A stretch of DNA of 64,000 bases from an uncultured Rivularia sp. (GTDB lineage Bacteria > Cyanobacteriota > Cyanobacteriia > Cyanobacteriales > Nostocaceae): assembly GCA_963665115.1 (NCBI GenBank), contig OY762007.1:8096001-8160000 (forward strand), read 5' to 3'. Positions 32,903 through 42,655 of the stretch are shown piece after piece. A program made the translations under genes and the position numbers. The notes below the pieces were generated by a model. It was not told where the DNA came from and made no database searches. It saw only the letters and a program-made list of their open reading frames with translations. Each line of letters opens with the position of its first letter. Within the stretch, counting starts at the first letter, position 1.

Positions 32903-34390
32903 TTACTTCTTGTTGCGACGGCGACGACGTAACATCAAACCAGCACCAGTCACACCGAGAATCGCAGCCATGTTAGAAGCTTCAGGTACTGTTGCAGCTT
33001 GCGCGAACTTTGTAGGAGTGTTAGTCAAGTTACCTTCACCGAAGTCAACAACGAACACCGCATCGTTGTAATCCAAATCGCCACCGTTACGTAAATCTTC
33101 AAAGCCCATCATCAGATAATCTCTACCACCAGCATTGACTTCAAACGCCATCAAATGTTGTAAACCATCACTGTTGAGAGATTCATCTGCACCATAAATA
33201 TCGCCGTTTCTAGTTTTAGAACCACGTGCACCATCGGCTCTAAGTAAGAAGTTGAGTTGAGTACCGCCCTCAATTAAACCCAAGTCAACAAAGTCACCGA
33301 TATCTAAAGGAGCATTCTTCCCGTTATTCGACTGACAACCAGACTTACAAGAAACATCATCGAAAATCATTCCTTTCTCGTAATCGTCGCCTTTGGTTGC
33401 TTCGTAAGCTAATTCGTTTTTGTAACCAGCACCTTCATTAATGAACCAAACTTTTACATTGTGGTCGTGTTTCAAGAATAATTTATCTGCATCTAATTTT
33501 TGTGCGGCTACTTTCTCTGCTGCAATTTCTAATCTTTCCTTTTGTACTAATTTTTGGAATTCGGGGATTAAAGCATTGAAATCAGGATCTTCTAAGTGGT
33601 CTGTGATAGTGTGTTCTTTTGTCCAATTTCCCCATTCTTGAGAGACTACTACTTCATAATTTTTTTCTGCTTGTTTCTGAGCATTTATTAATTGCTTACC
33701 TTCTACCATCAATGAACTATATAGCTCATTGTTAGTGGCTCCATTTCTAGCCACATCAAGTTTGTTGTTGTATTCTTGTTTGACTTGTTCGTATTTTTGT
33801 TTCGCTTTATTAGCAGCATCAATATCGCTTTGCTGATTTGTTTTATCAGCTGCCTTTTTTAATTTACCATGTTCTTTTAATGCCTTATTGTAAGCACCTC
33901 TGGTATCTTTTAAACCTTTATCTCCAGATTTGTCTACAACTAGATTATTTAACTTGTCTTGATAGCTCTTCTCGGCATTTTGTAATTGATTTTCCGCTTC
34001 TTTAAGTTTTTCTTCGTTGATTTTACCGTTATTATATTTGGTTAATTGCTTCTGATAATTATTATTTTTAATGTTGTAAACATTCTTTTTCTTGTTCAAA
34101 TCATGGAAAGTTCCTGCTTTGCTTCTAGCTTGATCTCGTTCTTTCCTTGCTTCTTGTCTAGCCTCAGTAGCTTCTGCATTTTGAATCCCATCCATCATGT
34201 CAGATGGAGTTTGAATATCAGCAGCTTGTGCGGTTGCGGGTGCAACAAAAGCACTAGTTAAAGCAGCAGCAGCAAAAATACTCTTTACAACTTTCTTGTT
34301 ATCAACCATGACTAAAAACCCTTCTCTTATTGCACTTTTAAATTTGAAAGAATCACTTATTACGTAGTGACTTTGTTTCGATATATACAA
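32903..34390 (-). CDS. DUF4114-like surface protein with coiled-coil insert and PEP-CTERM-like sorting tail
   Basis: 'VWFINEGAGYKNEL', 'GFEDLRNGGDLDYNDAVFVVD'; C-terminus 'TVPEASNMAAILGVTGAGLMLRRRRRNKK'; likely start at MVDNKK. Confidence 0.85.
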   Translation of the reverse strand: MYISKQSHYVISDSFKFKSAIREGFLVMVDNKKVVKSIFAAAALTSAFVAPATAQAADIQTPSDMMDGIQNAEATEARQEARKERDQARSKAGTFHDLNKKKNVYNIKNNNYQKQLTKYNNGKINEEKLKEAENQLQNAEKSYQDKLNNLVVDKSGDKGLKDTRGAYNKALKEHGKLKKAADKTNQQSDIDAANKAKQKYEQVKQEYNNKLDVARNGATNNELYSSLMVEGKQLINAQKQAEKNYEVVVSQEWGNWTKEHTITDHLEDPDFNALIPEFQKLVQKERLEIAAEKVAAQKLDADKLFLKHDHNVKVWFINEGAGYKNELAYEATKGDDYEKGMIFDDVSCKSGCQSNNGKNAPLDIGDFVDLGLIEGGTQLNFLLRADGARGSKTRNGDIYGADESLNSDGLQHLMAFEVNAGGRDYLMMGFEDLRNGGDLDYNDAVFVVDFGEGNLTNTPTKFAQAATVPEASNMAAILGVTGAGLMLRRRRRNKK

Positions 34391-34868
34391 ATTACCTCAG
34401 TACAACAGAAGGTGTCTATAGTAACTATTGACTTTCGCGGACTCTTTATAATTTTTGGCTGAAAAGAGGAAAAAAAGCCAATAAATGGACTTATAGGATG
34501 GGTAGCTAGGGATAAAAGATTCGGTAAACTCGTAGAATAAGACTTGTGTTCACCAAAAAAGTCCGATGGTTGATTTGTATTCTCAGTATTTATTTAAGTA
34601 AGAGACTGGTGAATATAACTATTTTATACTTTGAATCTCAAGTTTGTTTCAAAAGACTATTGGTTTGTGTAGTGAGTTTGAGGTGCTTGCTATTTTATCG
34701 AGATGTGTAGTAAGTGCGATTTGGGAAAATATTTCTTTTACCTTGCCTTATGAGGTGAAGCGGGAGAATTAAATTTCACATCTATATAGTTATATTCAAG
34801 CCGGGAAATGGGATTCCGGGTTGATGGCATTTGAATAATGGAAGTGTTTGCTTGTTACCTGAGTTTTT

Positions 34869-34912
34869 CCCTCATCCCCTAGCCCCTTCTCCCAAGATTG
34901 GGAGAAGGGGAA
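34869..34912. repeat. Palindromic repeat, left flank of DUF559 gene
   Basis: ccctcatcccctagCCCCTTCTCCCAAgaTTGGGAGAAGGGGaa. Confidence 0.88.
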
Positions 34913-35112
34913 CAAGAAACTACTCCCTTCCCGCTCTAAAATGACCTATCTTTCTTTATTTATTTATTTCCTCTGCCTACTTTGCGTCTAGTAAAGTTTT
35001 TTAATCGGTAATCTTCTGCCAGTAAAGGAATAATTACCTCTGATAATATTGGAAGCAGCTTTTGACTGTGCATGTGGGCAGACTAAGTGAGATAGTTTAA
35101 ATCAGATATCTC

Positions 35113-35497
35113 ATGAACAAATCATTCCCCAGAATTCGAGGAAACCACACCTGAAATTGAAGCAGCTGCGATTGAATTACGCCGCGAACTTACCCCTACA
35201 GAAAAGCGACTTTGGCAAAATTTAAGAGCCAGAAAAATAGGTGGTTTAAAATTTCGCCGTCAGCATCCGCTAGGACGTTTTATTCTTGATTTTTACTGTT
35301 CTTGCTGCAAATTAGTTATCGAAGTAGATGGAGAAATTCACGACAATCAACAAGACTACGATAAGGAAAGGACAAAATACCTGCAAAGTTACGGTGATAC
35401 AATTTTGCGTTTCCAGAATCATGAGGTTATACAAAATTTAGACCAAGTATTACAGCAAATTTTGCAAACAGCATTAGCGCTTTCCGAATCGGATTAG
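35113..35497 (+). CDS. DUF559 (Vsr/PD-(D/E)XK-like) endonuclease, missing from ORF track because of a +1 frameshift
   Basis: Removing one A at 35142-35144 gives MNKSFPRIRGTTPEIEAAAIELRRELTPTEKRLWQNLRARKIGGLKFRRQHPLGRFILDFYC...LVIEVDGEIH...DKERTKYLQSYGDTILRFQNHEV (127 aa). Confidence 0.88.
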
Positions 35498-35513
35498 TTT
35501 CTTTATGCTCAAA

Positions 35514-35557
35514 TTCCCCTTCTCCCAAACTTGGGAGAAGGAGTTAGGGGATAAGGG
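35514..35557. repeat. Palindromic repeat, right flank of DUF559 gene (inverted copy of 34869-34912)
   Basis: Reverse complement matches the left copy at 40 of 44 positions. Confidence 0.88.
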
Positions 35558-35675
35558 AGAAATGTTGGTAAAACTAACAAGTCTATTCCAGATAATTAGT
35601 AAGATATTCATTTGTCAACGCGGTCAAATAACGTGACAAACGACAACAAGCTATTCTCAACTATTCTTCAAACAA

Positions 35676-35749
<74 letters not shown>

Positions 35750-35868
35750 GAAGCTACATTTATATAACATATATTTTGCAATGAATGCAAGTTTTTCGAG
35801 CAATTGGTTTTCTGCACAGTAAGAGAGACGTAGCAATACGCCCCGTCTCTACATACATTATCAGTTGT

Positions 35869-37185
35869 TTATTTGTTCAGTTGCTTCTGGATTGATGATA
35901 TTAGTTCTTTTGCTCTTGGATAAGATGTTGTTCCTGACTGCACGGTTTTCAATTTACTGAGAATTGTCCGTAATTTGGCTTTGTACTCGTTAACTTCTGA
36001 TGGAGGATTGGCAATAAACCTTTCGATTTGCGCTTCTGCTTGATTGAGAATTTTCTGCGATTCTCTTTCTGCTTGGAGTCGAGTTTGGATGATTCCTTGG
36101 TTGCTTTGGTATTTAGCTAATAATTTCTGGGCTTCTAGATAATTGGGATTTGTCACCTCAACATGAAGCAATCGCTTGATAGCTTCTAGCCATAGCTTTT
36201 CAACTTGCTCCCATTTATAAGTTGGATGGGGTGGATTTTGCGATGCTTGTGCTGCTTGCATGGCAAATACTTTTGCTGCTTCAATTAAATTACTCGAAAC
36301 ACCACTTTTCCCATCTGTAACAATCCTCTTAGCTAAATCGGGTTTGGAAGCTTTAATTATAGTCAAAGCTTTTTTGCCAGCCAAGGTTTCTCTAGGAATT
36401 TGTTCAAGTGTAATCATCGCGGTTTGCATCTGGGCTACAGCCTTTTCTTTTTCAACGGCATTTTTAGCTTGTTGATATTGCTGCTTGGCGGCTTGTAGAG
36501 TTTCTTCTGCTTGAAGAAGCGACTCAAAAGCATTTTTTTCTTGAAAGGCTTTAGCATCTATTCTTGCAACTCGACGACGTGCTGTTTCAAATTCATCAAA
36601 AGTAAATTTCCAACTACACCCAAATAAGCCGCAATAAGCTTGAGGATAATAACCCAAAAACCAAACGGGTAAATTATCTAAACTTTGTTGTGCTTGTTTA
36701 ACTTTGTCGCTACCTTGCTTAATATCTTCTAAACTCGTAGCTTTATTTATCAATTGATCTGCTTGCTCGGTATTCTTAATTGCTCCACGATAGCTATTAT
36801 CCATACTGATATAAGAAGGTAAAAGCAGCAATGGTGCTTTTTCAGCTACGGGTTTGCGAATCATCGGGTACGGTAAATTAACTAACCATATTGCACCGCA
36901 AATACCTGCTGCAACCATTGCTATCCATTTTAAATCGCTGAAAATTCCCGGCGGTTGATTCGCTTTTGCGGCTTGCTTTAAAGCTTTTTCGCTAAATTCT
37001 GGAAATACATCTACAACTAATAAAAGCAATTCCTCAAAAGTTGCTGGAGAGCCTTTTTCTCTACGCAGCTTTTCAAAACGCTTAGCTACAATTTGTCTTT
37101 CGGTTCTACCAATATCATTATTAGAACCACAATTAAGCAATTCTGAACGTAAAATTTTAAATGCGGAATCATTAAGACGATACAT
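35869..37185 (-). CDS. Single-TM helical/coiled-coil hypothetical protein
   Basis: 438-aa ORF; TM 'WIAMVAAGICGAIWLVNLPYPMIR'; Gln/Ala/Lys-rich helical repeats. Confidence 0.8.
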   Translation of the reverse strand: MYRLNDSAFKILRSELLNCGSNNDIGRTERQIVAKRFEKLRREKGSPATFEELLLLVVDVFPEFSEKALKQAAKANQPPGIFSDLKWIAMVAAGICGAIWLVNLPYPMIRKPVAEKAPLLLLPSYISMDNSYRGAIKNTEQADQLINKATSLEDIKQGSDKVKQAQQSLDNLPVWFLGYYPQAYCGLFGCSWKFTFDEFETARRRVARIDAKAFQEKNAFESLLQAEETLQAAKQQYQQAKNAVEKEKAVAQMQTAMITLEQIPRETLAGKKALTIIKASKPDLAKRIVTDGKSGVSSNLIEAAKVFAMQAAQASQNPPHPTYKWEQVEKLWLEAIKRLLHVEVTNPNYLEAQKLLAKYQSNQGIIQTRLQAERESQKILNQAEAQIERFIANPPSEVNEYKAKLRTILSKLKTVQSGTTSYPRAKELISSIQKQLNK

Positions 37186-37270
37186 GATTTTATGGTTAAT
37201 TTAAAATGTTGATTTGAAATGTTAAGTATTAAAAGTGAGGATTTATTCGTTCATAATTCCTGAATAAACG

Positions 37271-37534
37271 CTATTTTGTTTGAGCTATTTTCTCGTAATA
37301 ACGCTTATACACCTTTAATTTTGCTTCTGCTTTTATATGAGCTAAGGTTTCTGGAGGAATTGCCTCTACAGCACGCAACTCATTTAATTTTGCACGTTTC
37401 CCAACTTTCGATCGCAGTTGCTTTAAACGCTGAAGCACTATTTGCTGCTTTTGCAAACCTTGCTTCTCATTAAGACTACATACTTCAACCTCCGTACATA
37501 ATATTTCAAATGCATTGTTATCAAGACGGTACAT
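37271..37534 (-). CDS. Short, internally deleted paralog of the adjacent 438-aa protein (possibly pseudogene)
   Basis: 'MYRLDNNAFEIL...QIVLQRLKQLRSKVG' vs 'MYRLNDSAFKIL...QIVAKRFEKLRREKG'; then jumps to 'IPPETLA' vs 'IPRETLA'. Confidence 0.65.
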   Translation of the reverse strand: MYRLDNNAFEILCTEVEVCSLNEKQGLQKQQIVLQRLKQLRSKVGKRAKLNELRAVEAIPPETLAHIKAEAKLKVYKRYYEKIAQTK

Positions 37535-37727
37535 CCAATCACCCTGTTACTCTTACTATGATTATTCCCATCTTGGATGTAATAATTACACCTGTGTTTT
37601 TTTAGGTTAATAAAGTAAGGGGATGGAGAGACAAGGGGTAGGCTACTGTAAGTTAAAATCTGTCCATAGCTGGACAAAGCTACCGAAATGTCCGTATAAT
37701 TAGTTGTAGTAATTTACAGTAATTTAT

Positions 37728-38363
37728 ATGGACAGTAATCAAGAAGAAATGACCGTTAGTATCGGAGAGGCAGCAGAAAAGTTAGGCGTATCAGTTAAAA
37801 CTGTTAGAAGATGGTCTGATGCAGGGAAGATTCGCTCAGACAGGTCGCCAAGTGGGCATAGAAGGTTTTATATTTCAGACATCTTAAGTATTGCATCAAA
37901 ATCCGTTAAGGAAGAAAGGCTAACTCTTAACTACGCAAGAGTTTCAAGTCACGACCAAAAAGAAGACTTGATTAGACAAGCTGAAGTTTTAGAACAATTT
38001 TGCGCTGCTAAAGGCTGGGAATACGAAACCATTCAAGACCTTGGTAGTGGATTGAACTACAAAAAGAAAGGTCTTAGAAAACTTTTAAAACTAATACTTA
38101 CTAATCAAGTTGAAAGATTGGTGGTTACTCATAAAGATAGATTGCTTCGTTTTGGTGCGGAGTTAGTTTTTATGATGTGCGAAGAATTCAATACCGAAGT
38201 TGTTATAATCAACAAGACCAAAGAAGAAAGGTCATTTGAGAGCGAGCTAGTTACAGATATGATTGAGCTTGTAACCATGTTCTCTGCTAGGTTGTACGGC
38301 TCTAGAAGCAATAAAAATAAAAAGATTGTTGATAGGGTGGTCAAATCTGTACAAAAGGTTTGA
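37728..38363 (+). CDS. tnpA: IS607 transposase (MerR-type HTH + serine recombinase)
   Basis: 'IGEAAEKLGVSVKTVRRW', 'YARVSSHDQKEDL', 'DLGSGLNYKKKGL', 'KDRLLRFG'. Confidence 0.95.
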   Translation: MDSNQEEMTVSIGEAAEKLGVSVKTVRRWSDAGKIRSDRSPSGHRRFYISDILSIASKSVKEERLTLNYARVSSHDQKEDLIRQAEVLEQFCAAKGWEYETIQDLGSGLNYKKKGLRKLLKLILTNQVERLVVTHKDRLLRFGAELVFMMCEEFNTEVVIINKTKEERSFESELVTDMIELVTMFSARLYGSRSNKNKKIVDRVVKSVQKV

Positions 38364-38465
38364 AATAAATCGAATAAATATATTGGCATCGTGCAGATAT
38401 GGGCATATATTTGAGAAGTAATCAAGCATTGAGGTCGTTAGCGCAGCGTCACCGGAGGTGATACA

Positions 38466-39794
38466 ATGTTACTTTGCATTAAAGTTGAGTTAAAACCAAA
38501 TAACAAACAAGTTACACAGTTTCGCAAAGCTTCTGGAGTAGCACGTCATGCTTATAACTGGGCTAATGCGACAATTAACGAAGTATTGAAGCTGCGTGAA
38601 GCCGATAAAACAGTTAAAGTTCCATCAGCTATTGACTTGCATAAAAAGTTAGTAGCTGAAGTTAAATCTGTTAATGATTGGTATTATGAAATTAATAAAA
38701 ACGTTCCACAACAAGCATTAAAAGAATTGCGTACAGCATGGGATAGATGCTTTAAAAAAGTTGCTAAACAACCTAGATTCAAAAAGAAAGGTCAACGCGA
38801 TTCATTCTATTTAGAATCTGGTAGTAAAGCATCGCCCAAGATAAAAAATGACGGTAAGCGCGTTAAATTACCTTCTATTGGTTGGGTAAGATTAGCTGAG
38901 CCTCTACCTGTTAGTGCTACTCATAACTGTGTAATTTCTCGCATTGCTGATAAGTGGTTTATTGCTATCAAACATGAGATTGAAAAACCATCTTTTGAGG
39001 TTGATAGACCGACTGTAGGCGTTGATATTGGGATTAAAGAGTTAGCTGTTTGCTCAAACGGTAAAGTATTCAAAAACCCGAAAGCTTACCGCAGAATGAG
39101 TAAGCGTATGAAACGTTTACAACGCAGTGTGAGTAAGAAACCTATTAGTTCTAATAACCGTAGAAAAGCTGTTTCTAAGCTAGCCAAATTACACGCAAAA
39201 ATAGCAAATATTCGTGAAGATGCTATTCATAAATTGACTAACTATCTTGCTAAAAACCACAGCATTATTAAGATAGAAGATTTGCATATCAAGGCATTTT
39301 TGAAAAACCACAAGTTAGCAGGTGCAATTTATGATTGTGGAATGTACGAATTTAAGCGTCAATTAAAATATAAAACTGAAAAGTTTTCTAGTCAGTTAAT
39401 CCTAGTTGATAGGATGTTTCCTAGTTCTCAGATTTGCTCTAATTGCGGTAATCATCGTCATAAGATGCCATTGAAAAACCGCGTTTATACCTGTCCCGAT
39501 TGTGGTCACACGGAGGACAGAGATTTAAACGCAGCTAAGAATATAGACCGATGGTTTGAGAATATTTTTATTCCTGTAGCGCAGCGTGACGACGCAGGAG
39601 TCATACGGTCAGAAACGGTAAGTTCTACCGAGATTGCCTGTGGAGCAGACAAACCTCTTAGAAGTCAACGCCACTTGCTACAACCGGGGGAACCCCGGCA
39701 ACGCAGTCGCTCTTCTAAGACTGTGATGAAGCAGGAAGTTAACACCAAAACTACTTTTGTCCAGTTAAGTCTAGATTTGGGTAGTTTTGGGTAA
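38466..39794 (+). CDS. tnpB: RNA-guided endonuclease TnpB
   Basis: RuvC I 'VGVDIGI', RuvC II 'IEDL', Zn finger CSNC/CPDC, RuvC III 'DRDLNAA'. Confidence 0.95.
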   Translation: MLLCIKVELKPNNKQVTQFRKASGVARHAYNWANATINEVLKLREADKTVKVPSAIDLHKKLVAEVKSVNDWYYEINKNVPQQALKELRTAWDRCFKKVAKQPRFKKKGQRDSFYLESGSKASPKIKNDGKRVKLPSIGWVRLAEPLPVSATHNCVISRIADKWFIAIKHEIEKPSFEVDRPTVGVDIGIKELAVCSNGKVFKNPKAYRRMSKRMKRLQRSVSKKPISSNNRRKAVSKLAKLHAKIANIREDAIHKLTNYLAKNHSIIKIEDLHIKAFLKNHKLAGAIYDCGMYEFKRQLKYKTEKFSSQLILVDRMFPSSQICSNCGNHRHKMPLKNRVYTCPDCGHTEDRDLNAAKNIDRWFENIFIPVAQRDDAGVIRSETVSSTEIACGADKPLRSQRHLLQPGEPRQRSRSSKTVMKQEVNTKTTFVQLSLDLGSFG

Positions 39795-39825
39795 GTTTAA
39801 TAGAACGGTTAGATAACTACTCCAT
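39615..39825 (+). ncRNA. Predicted TnpB omegaRNA (reRNA) overlapping the tnpB 3' end and right end, guide extending into the flank
   Basis: Hairpins cggta..taccg, gcctg..cagga and cttagaag..cttctaag; position expected from TnpB biology; boundaries approximate. Confidence 0.6.
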
Positions 39826-39942
39826 GAACTATGCCCAATACCCAATGCCCTATTCCTTGTTATATGACTTTGGATAGGTAAAACTAAGTGCCAATTATTG
39901 CTAGCATTTGTAGGTTAGTTAACAAATTTATTATTAATAAAA

Positions 39943-40719
39943 ATGCCTACAGCCTTAATTACTGGTGCTTCTGGTGGAATTGGTAAATGCTTTGCCCAAA
40001 AACTTGCCGCAAAAAATACGAACCTTATTATTGTTGCTCGTTCAGAAGATAAGCTTAATGCTCTTGCTCAAGCATTACAGCAGCAATACAAAATTAATGT
40101 AGAGGTTATTGTCAAAGATTTAACTGAAGCATCAGCAGCGCGGGAAGTGTTTGACGCTACCCAAGCGAAAGGATTGACCGTTGATTTACTGATCAATAAT
40201 GCAGGCTTTGGTGACTATGGTGAATTTGCTCAAACCGATGGCGATCGCCAAATCCAAATGATCCAACTAAATAATGTAGTGCTAGTTGATTTAACTCACA
40301 AGTTTTTACCACAAATGCGCGAAAGAGGTTCGGGAAGCATTATTAACGTATCGTCAATTGCAGCATTCCAACCAATACCATATCTTTCAGTTTACGCAGC
40401 AAGTAAAGCCTTCGTTCGCAGCTTTAGTGAAGCATTATGGGCCGAAAACCGTCAATATGGAGTAAGAGTTTTAGTAGTTTCTCCCGGCCCTACCGAAACA
40501 AACTTTTTCGAGGAAGCTAACTTTCCTCCCGCTTTAGCACGTAACGCAAAAAGTATGTCTACTCCCGAAGAAGTAGTAGACGAAGCTATGAAAGCACTAG
40601 AAAATGGAAACGCTGCTGTAGTAGTCGGTGGAATTGTATCTAAATTTATCACCACCTTATCCAATATAGTTCCTAGAGAAACTTTATTGAATGTATTAGA
40701 AAAGCAGTTTAAAGCTTAG
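39943..40719 (+). CDS. Short-chain dehydrogenase/reductase
   Basis: 'TGASGGIG', 'NNAG', 'YAASK'. Confidence 0.94.
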   Translation: MPTALITGASGGIGKCFAQKLAAKNTNLIIVARSEDKLNALAQALQQQYKINVEVIVKDLTEASAAREVFDATQAKGLTVDLLINNAGFGDYGEFAQTDGDRQIQMIQLNNVVLVDLTHKFLPQMRERGSGSIINVSSIAAFQPIPYLSVYAASKAFVRSFSEALWAENRQYGVRVLVVSPGPTETNFFEEANFPPALARNAKSMSTPEEVVDEAMKALENGNAAVVVGGIVSKFITTLSNIVPRETLLNVLEKQFKA

Positions 40720-40995
40720 AATCTTAAAGTTCGTAGTCAGTGGCTCTAGCCCTCAAATCAAAGACTAAAATTGTAGGTTGGATTAGATACGAAAACCAAG
40801 TAGCTTGATTAACGACAATATTTATTTATCCTGTCGTAGCCCAACATCATTTATGCAAAATAATCAAAGTTCGTAGTCATAACCCAATATTAGTTATGCA
40901 AAAGGGCTAAAGCCCTTACTACGAACCGTCAGGCAAATTATAAAATTAAACTGCTCACTATTACCAATTACCAATTACCAATTACCAATTACCAA

Positions 40996-41775
40996 TTAAA
41001 CAAATTTCGTCAAACTCATCCGATAACGCTCTTTCTTAGTAACCGCAATTTCTCCAACTTCCAAACGCCCTTTACCGCGAATTGCAATCAAATCACCAGT
41101 TTTAATTTGATGAGAAGCTTGCTTGATATCTTTCCAATTAACCCGCACGTCACCAGCATTAATTAAATCAACCATTTTACTGCGAGACATTCCAAAACCA
41201 GCAGAAGCAATTGCATCCAATCTTAAAGATGCTTCCACCGTGGTTAATTCTTTTTTCTTCGGTTCTCTTACTTTTAATAGACTAAAATCCATCCTTTGAG
41301 TCTTGACAGGAACCGAACGTACCTGAGTCAAACTTGTTTCAAGAAAATCAACCAATTCCGGAACGACAACTATTTGCGCTCCACGTTCGCCAAGTACAAT
41401 AATATCGCCAGTTTTCTCGCGTACAATTCCCGTTCCCAACATCGCACCCAAAAAATCGCGGTGGTTAGCAGTATCAAACAGGAAATTACCAGCAACATTC
41501 AAAGCAACAAGTTCAACTTGCGATTCATCCAAAGGAAGTTCGCTGCGTGCGATCGCAATTCTTTTTCGTTCAGCTTGCGGATATCCACCCCACGCTAACA
41601 ACTCAACTTCAGTTAACCGACTAAAACTTTGAATCGCTTCTGCCAACTCCGGTGGTGATAAAAAGTCAGTAAAAACCACTTCCCAAGTTCTAATCGCTTG
41701 CTCGGCACAATCAATCACACGCGCTACAGTATCTCGATTTTCAACGTTCTTTAAAAGTTCTTCTCTTGGCAACAT
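40996..41775 (-). CDS. Photosystem II S4-domain protein (YlmH/Sll1252 family)
   Basis: 'TDFLSPPE', 'GGYPQAER', 'HRDFLGA', S4 domain 'SLRLDAIASAGFGMSR...IRGKGR'. Confidence 0.92.
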   Translation of the reverse strand: MLPREELLKNVENRDTVARVIDCAEQAIRTWEVVFTDFLSPPELAEAIQSFSRLTEVELLAWGGYPQAERKRIAIARSELPLDESQVELVALNVAGNFLFDTANHRDFLGAMLGTGIVREKTGDIIVLGERGAQIVVVPELVDFLETSLTQVRSVPVKTQRMDFSLLKVREPKKKELTTVEASLRLDAIASAGFGMSRSKMVDLINAGDVRVNWKDIKQASHQIKTGDLIAIRGKGRLEVGEIAVTKKERYRMSLTKFV

Positions 41776-41924
41776 TTCGATAAAGTTAGTTGTTAGTTGT
41801 TAGTTGTTAGTGGCTAGGAGTTAAATTTTATTGTAAATTTTTTATTCATAATTTTCTGCCATATTCGGAATATATTTTCCTCCCCAATGCCCAATGCCCT
41901 ATCCCCAATTAACAATTACCAATC

Positions 41925-42422
41925 TTATTCGGCAGCGTAACCTTGAATATTCTCAGGTTCAAGTTGACGTAAAATCCGGGTTGTTTCCCGTTTGGCACTA
42001 TCGACACCTTCAACTACAATTATATATTTACCAGCATCTAAGCGGTTGCGATAAGGTAAAGCGTCACCACCACCAACAACTAAACCGACTCCTCCACCAA
42101 CAAAGATCGCACCTAAAGCACCACTACCAGCACCCAACAATCCTCCAATCAAGCGATTGCCGACTTCCCCCGCCCAAGGAAAGGTATTTATCCCAGTAAT
42201 TAAATTAAAAGCAAAGCCAGCAAAAAAGCCAAACGGTACCAGCCAATAAGACATAAACTTTGCCTGCTTTTTAGCTTGTTCTTTAGGATCGATTAAACCA
42301 AATTCATCAGCAGATTTATAGCCTCTACCGAGTATGGTACTTTTAATGTCCTTTTTTTCTAAAGCAGTGTAAGCTTCTTCTGCCATTATCCTGTCGGGAA
42401 ATACTGCAACGAGATAGTTCAT
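41925..42422 (-). CDS. Conserved two-TM hypothetical protein
   Basis: 'WLVPFGFFAGF', Gly-rich TM, 'YRNRLDAGKYIIVV'. Confidence 0.8.
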   Translation of the reverse strand: MNYLVAVFPDRIMAEEAYTALEKKDIKSTILGRGYKSADEFGLIDPKEQAKKQAKFMSYWLVPFGFFAGFAFNLITGINTFPWAGEVGNRLIGGLLGAGSGALGAIFVGGGVGLVVGGGDALPYRNRLDAGKYIIVVEGVDSAKRETTRILRQLEPENIQGYAAE

Positions 42423-42655
42423 TTTGGTTAAAGCTTTTATCTAAAGTTATCTAAAAAATATCGCTCTAACTAACAGCCTACCAGTACTGCTGCCATCAAT
42501 TCGATTTATTAAATACTGTTAAAGGGAACGGGGGGATGGGAGATGGGGAGATGGCGGGATGGGGAGACAAGGGGATATTAAACAATTACCAATTACCAAT
42601 TACCAATTACCAATTACTAATTACCAATCCCCAATCCCCAATCCCCAATTCCCAA

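Larger units (their letters stand above)
37643..39808 (+). mobile_element. IS607-family insertion sequence (tnpA + tnpB)
   Basis: Serine-recombinase TnpA and TnpB; GG at 37641-37642 and 39807-39808; ~10-bp-periodic end repeats (left tagctggaca/aagctaccga; right reverse complement taactggaca/aaactaccca); exact left end inferred. Confidence 0.88.

Noticed and set aside
37643..39808. IStron (group I intron plus IS607)
   Set aside because: Only ~85 bp between the left end and tnpA, too short for an intron core, and the element is intergenic
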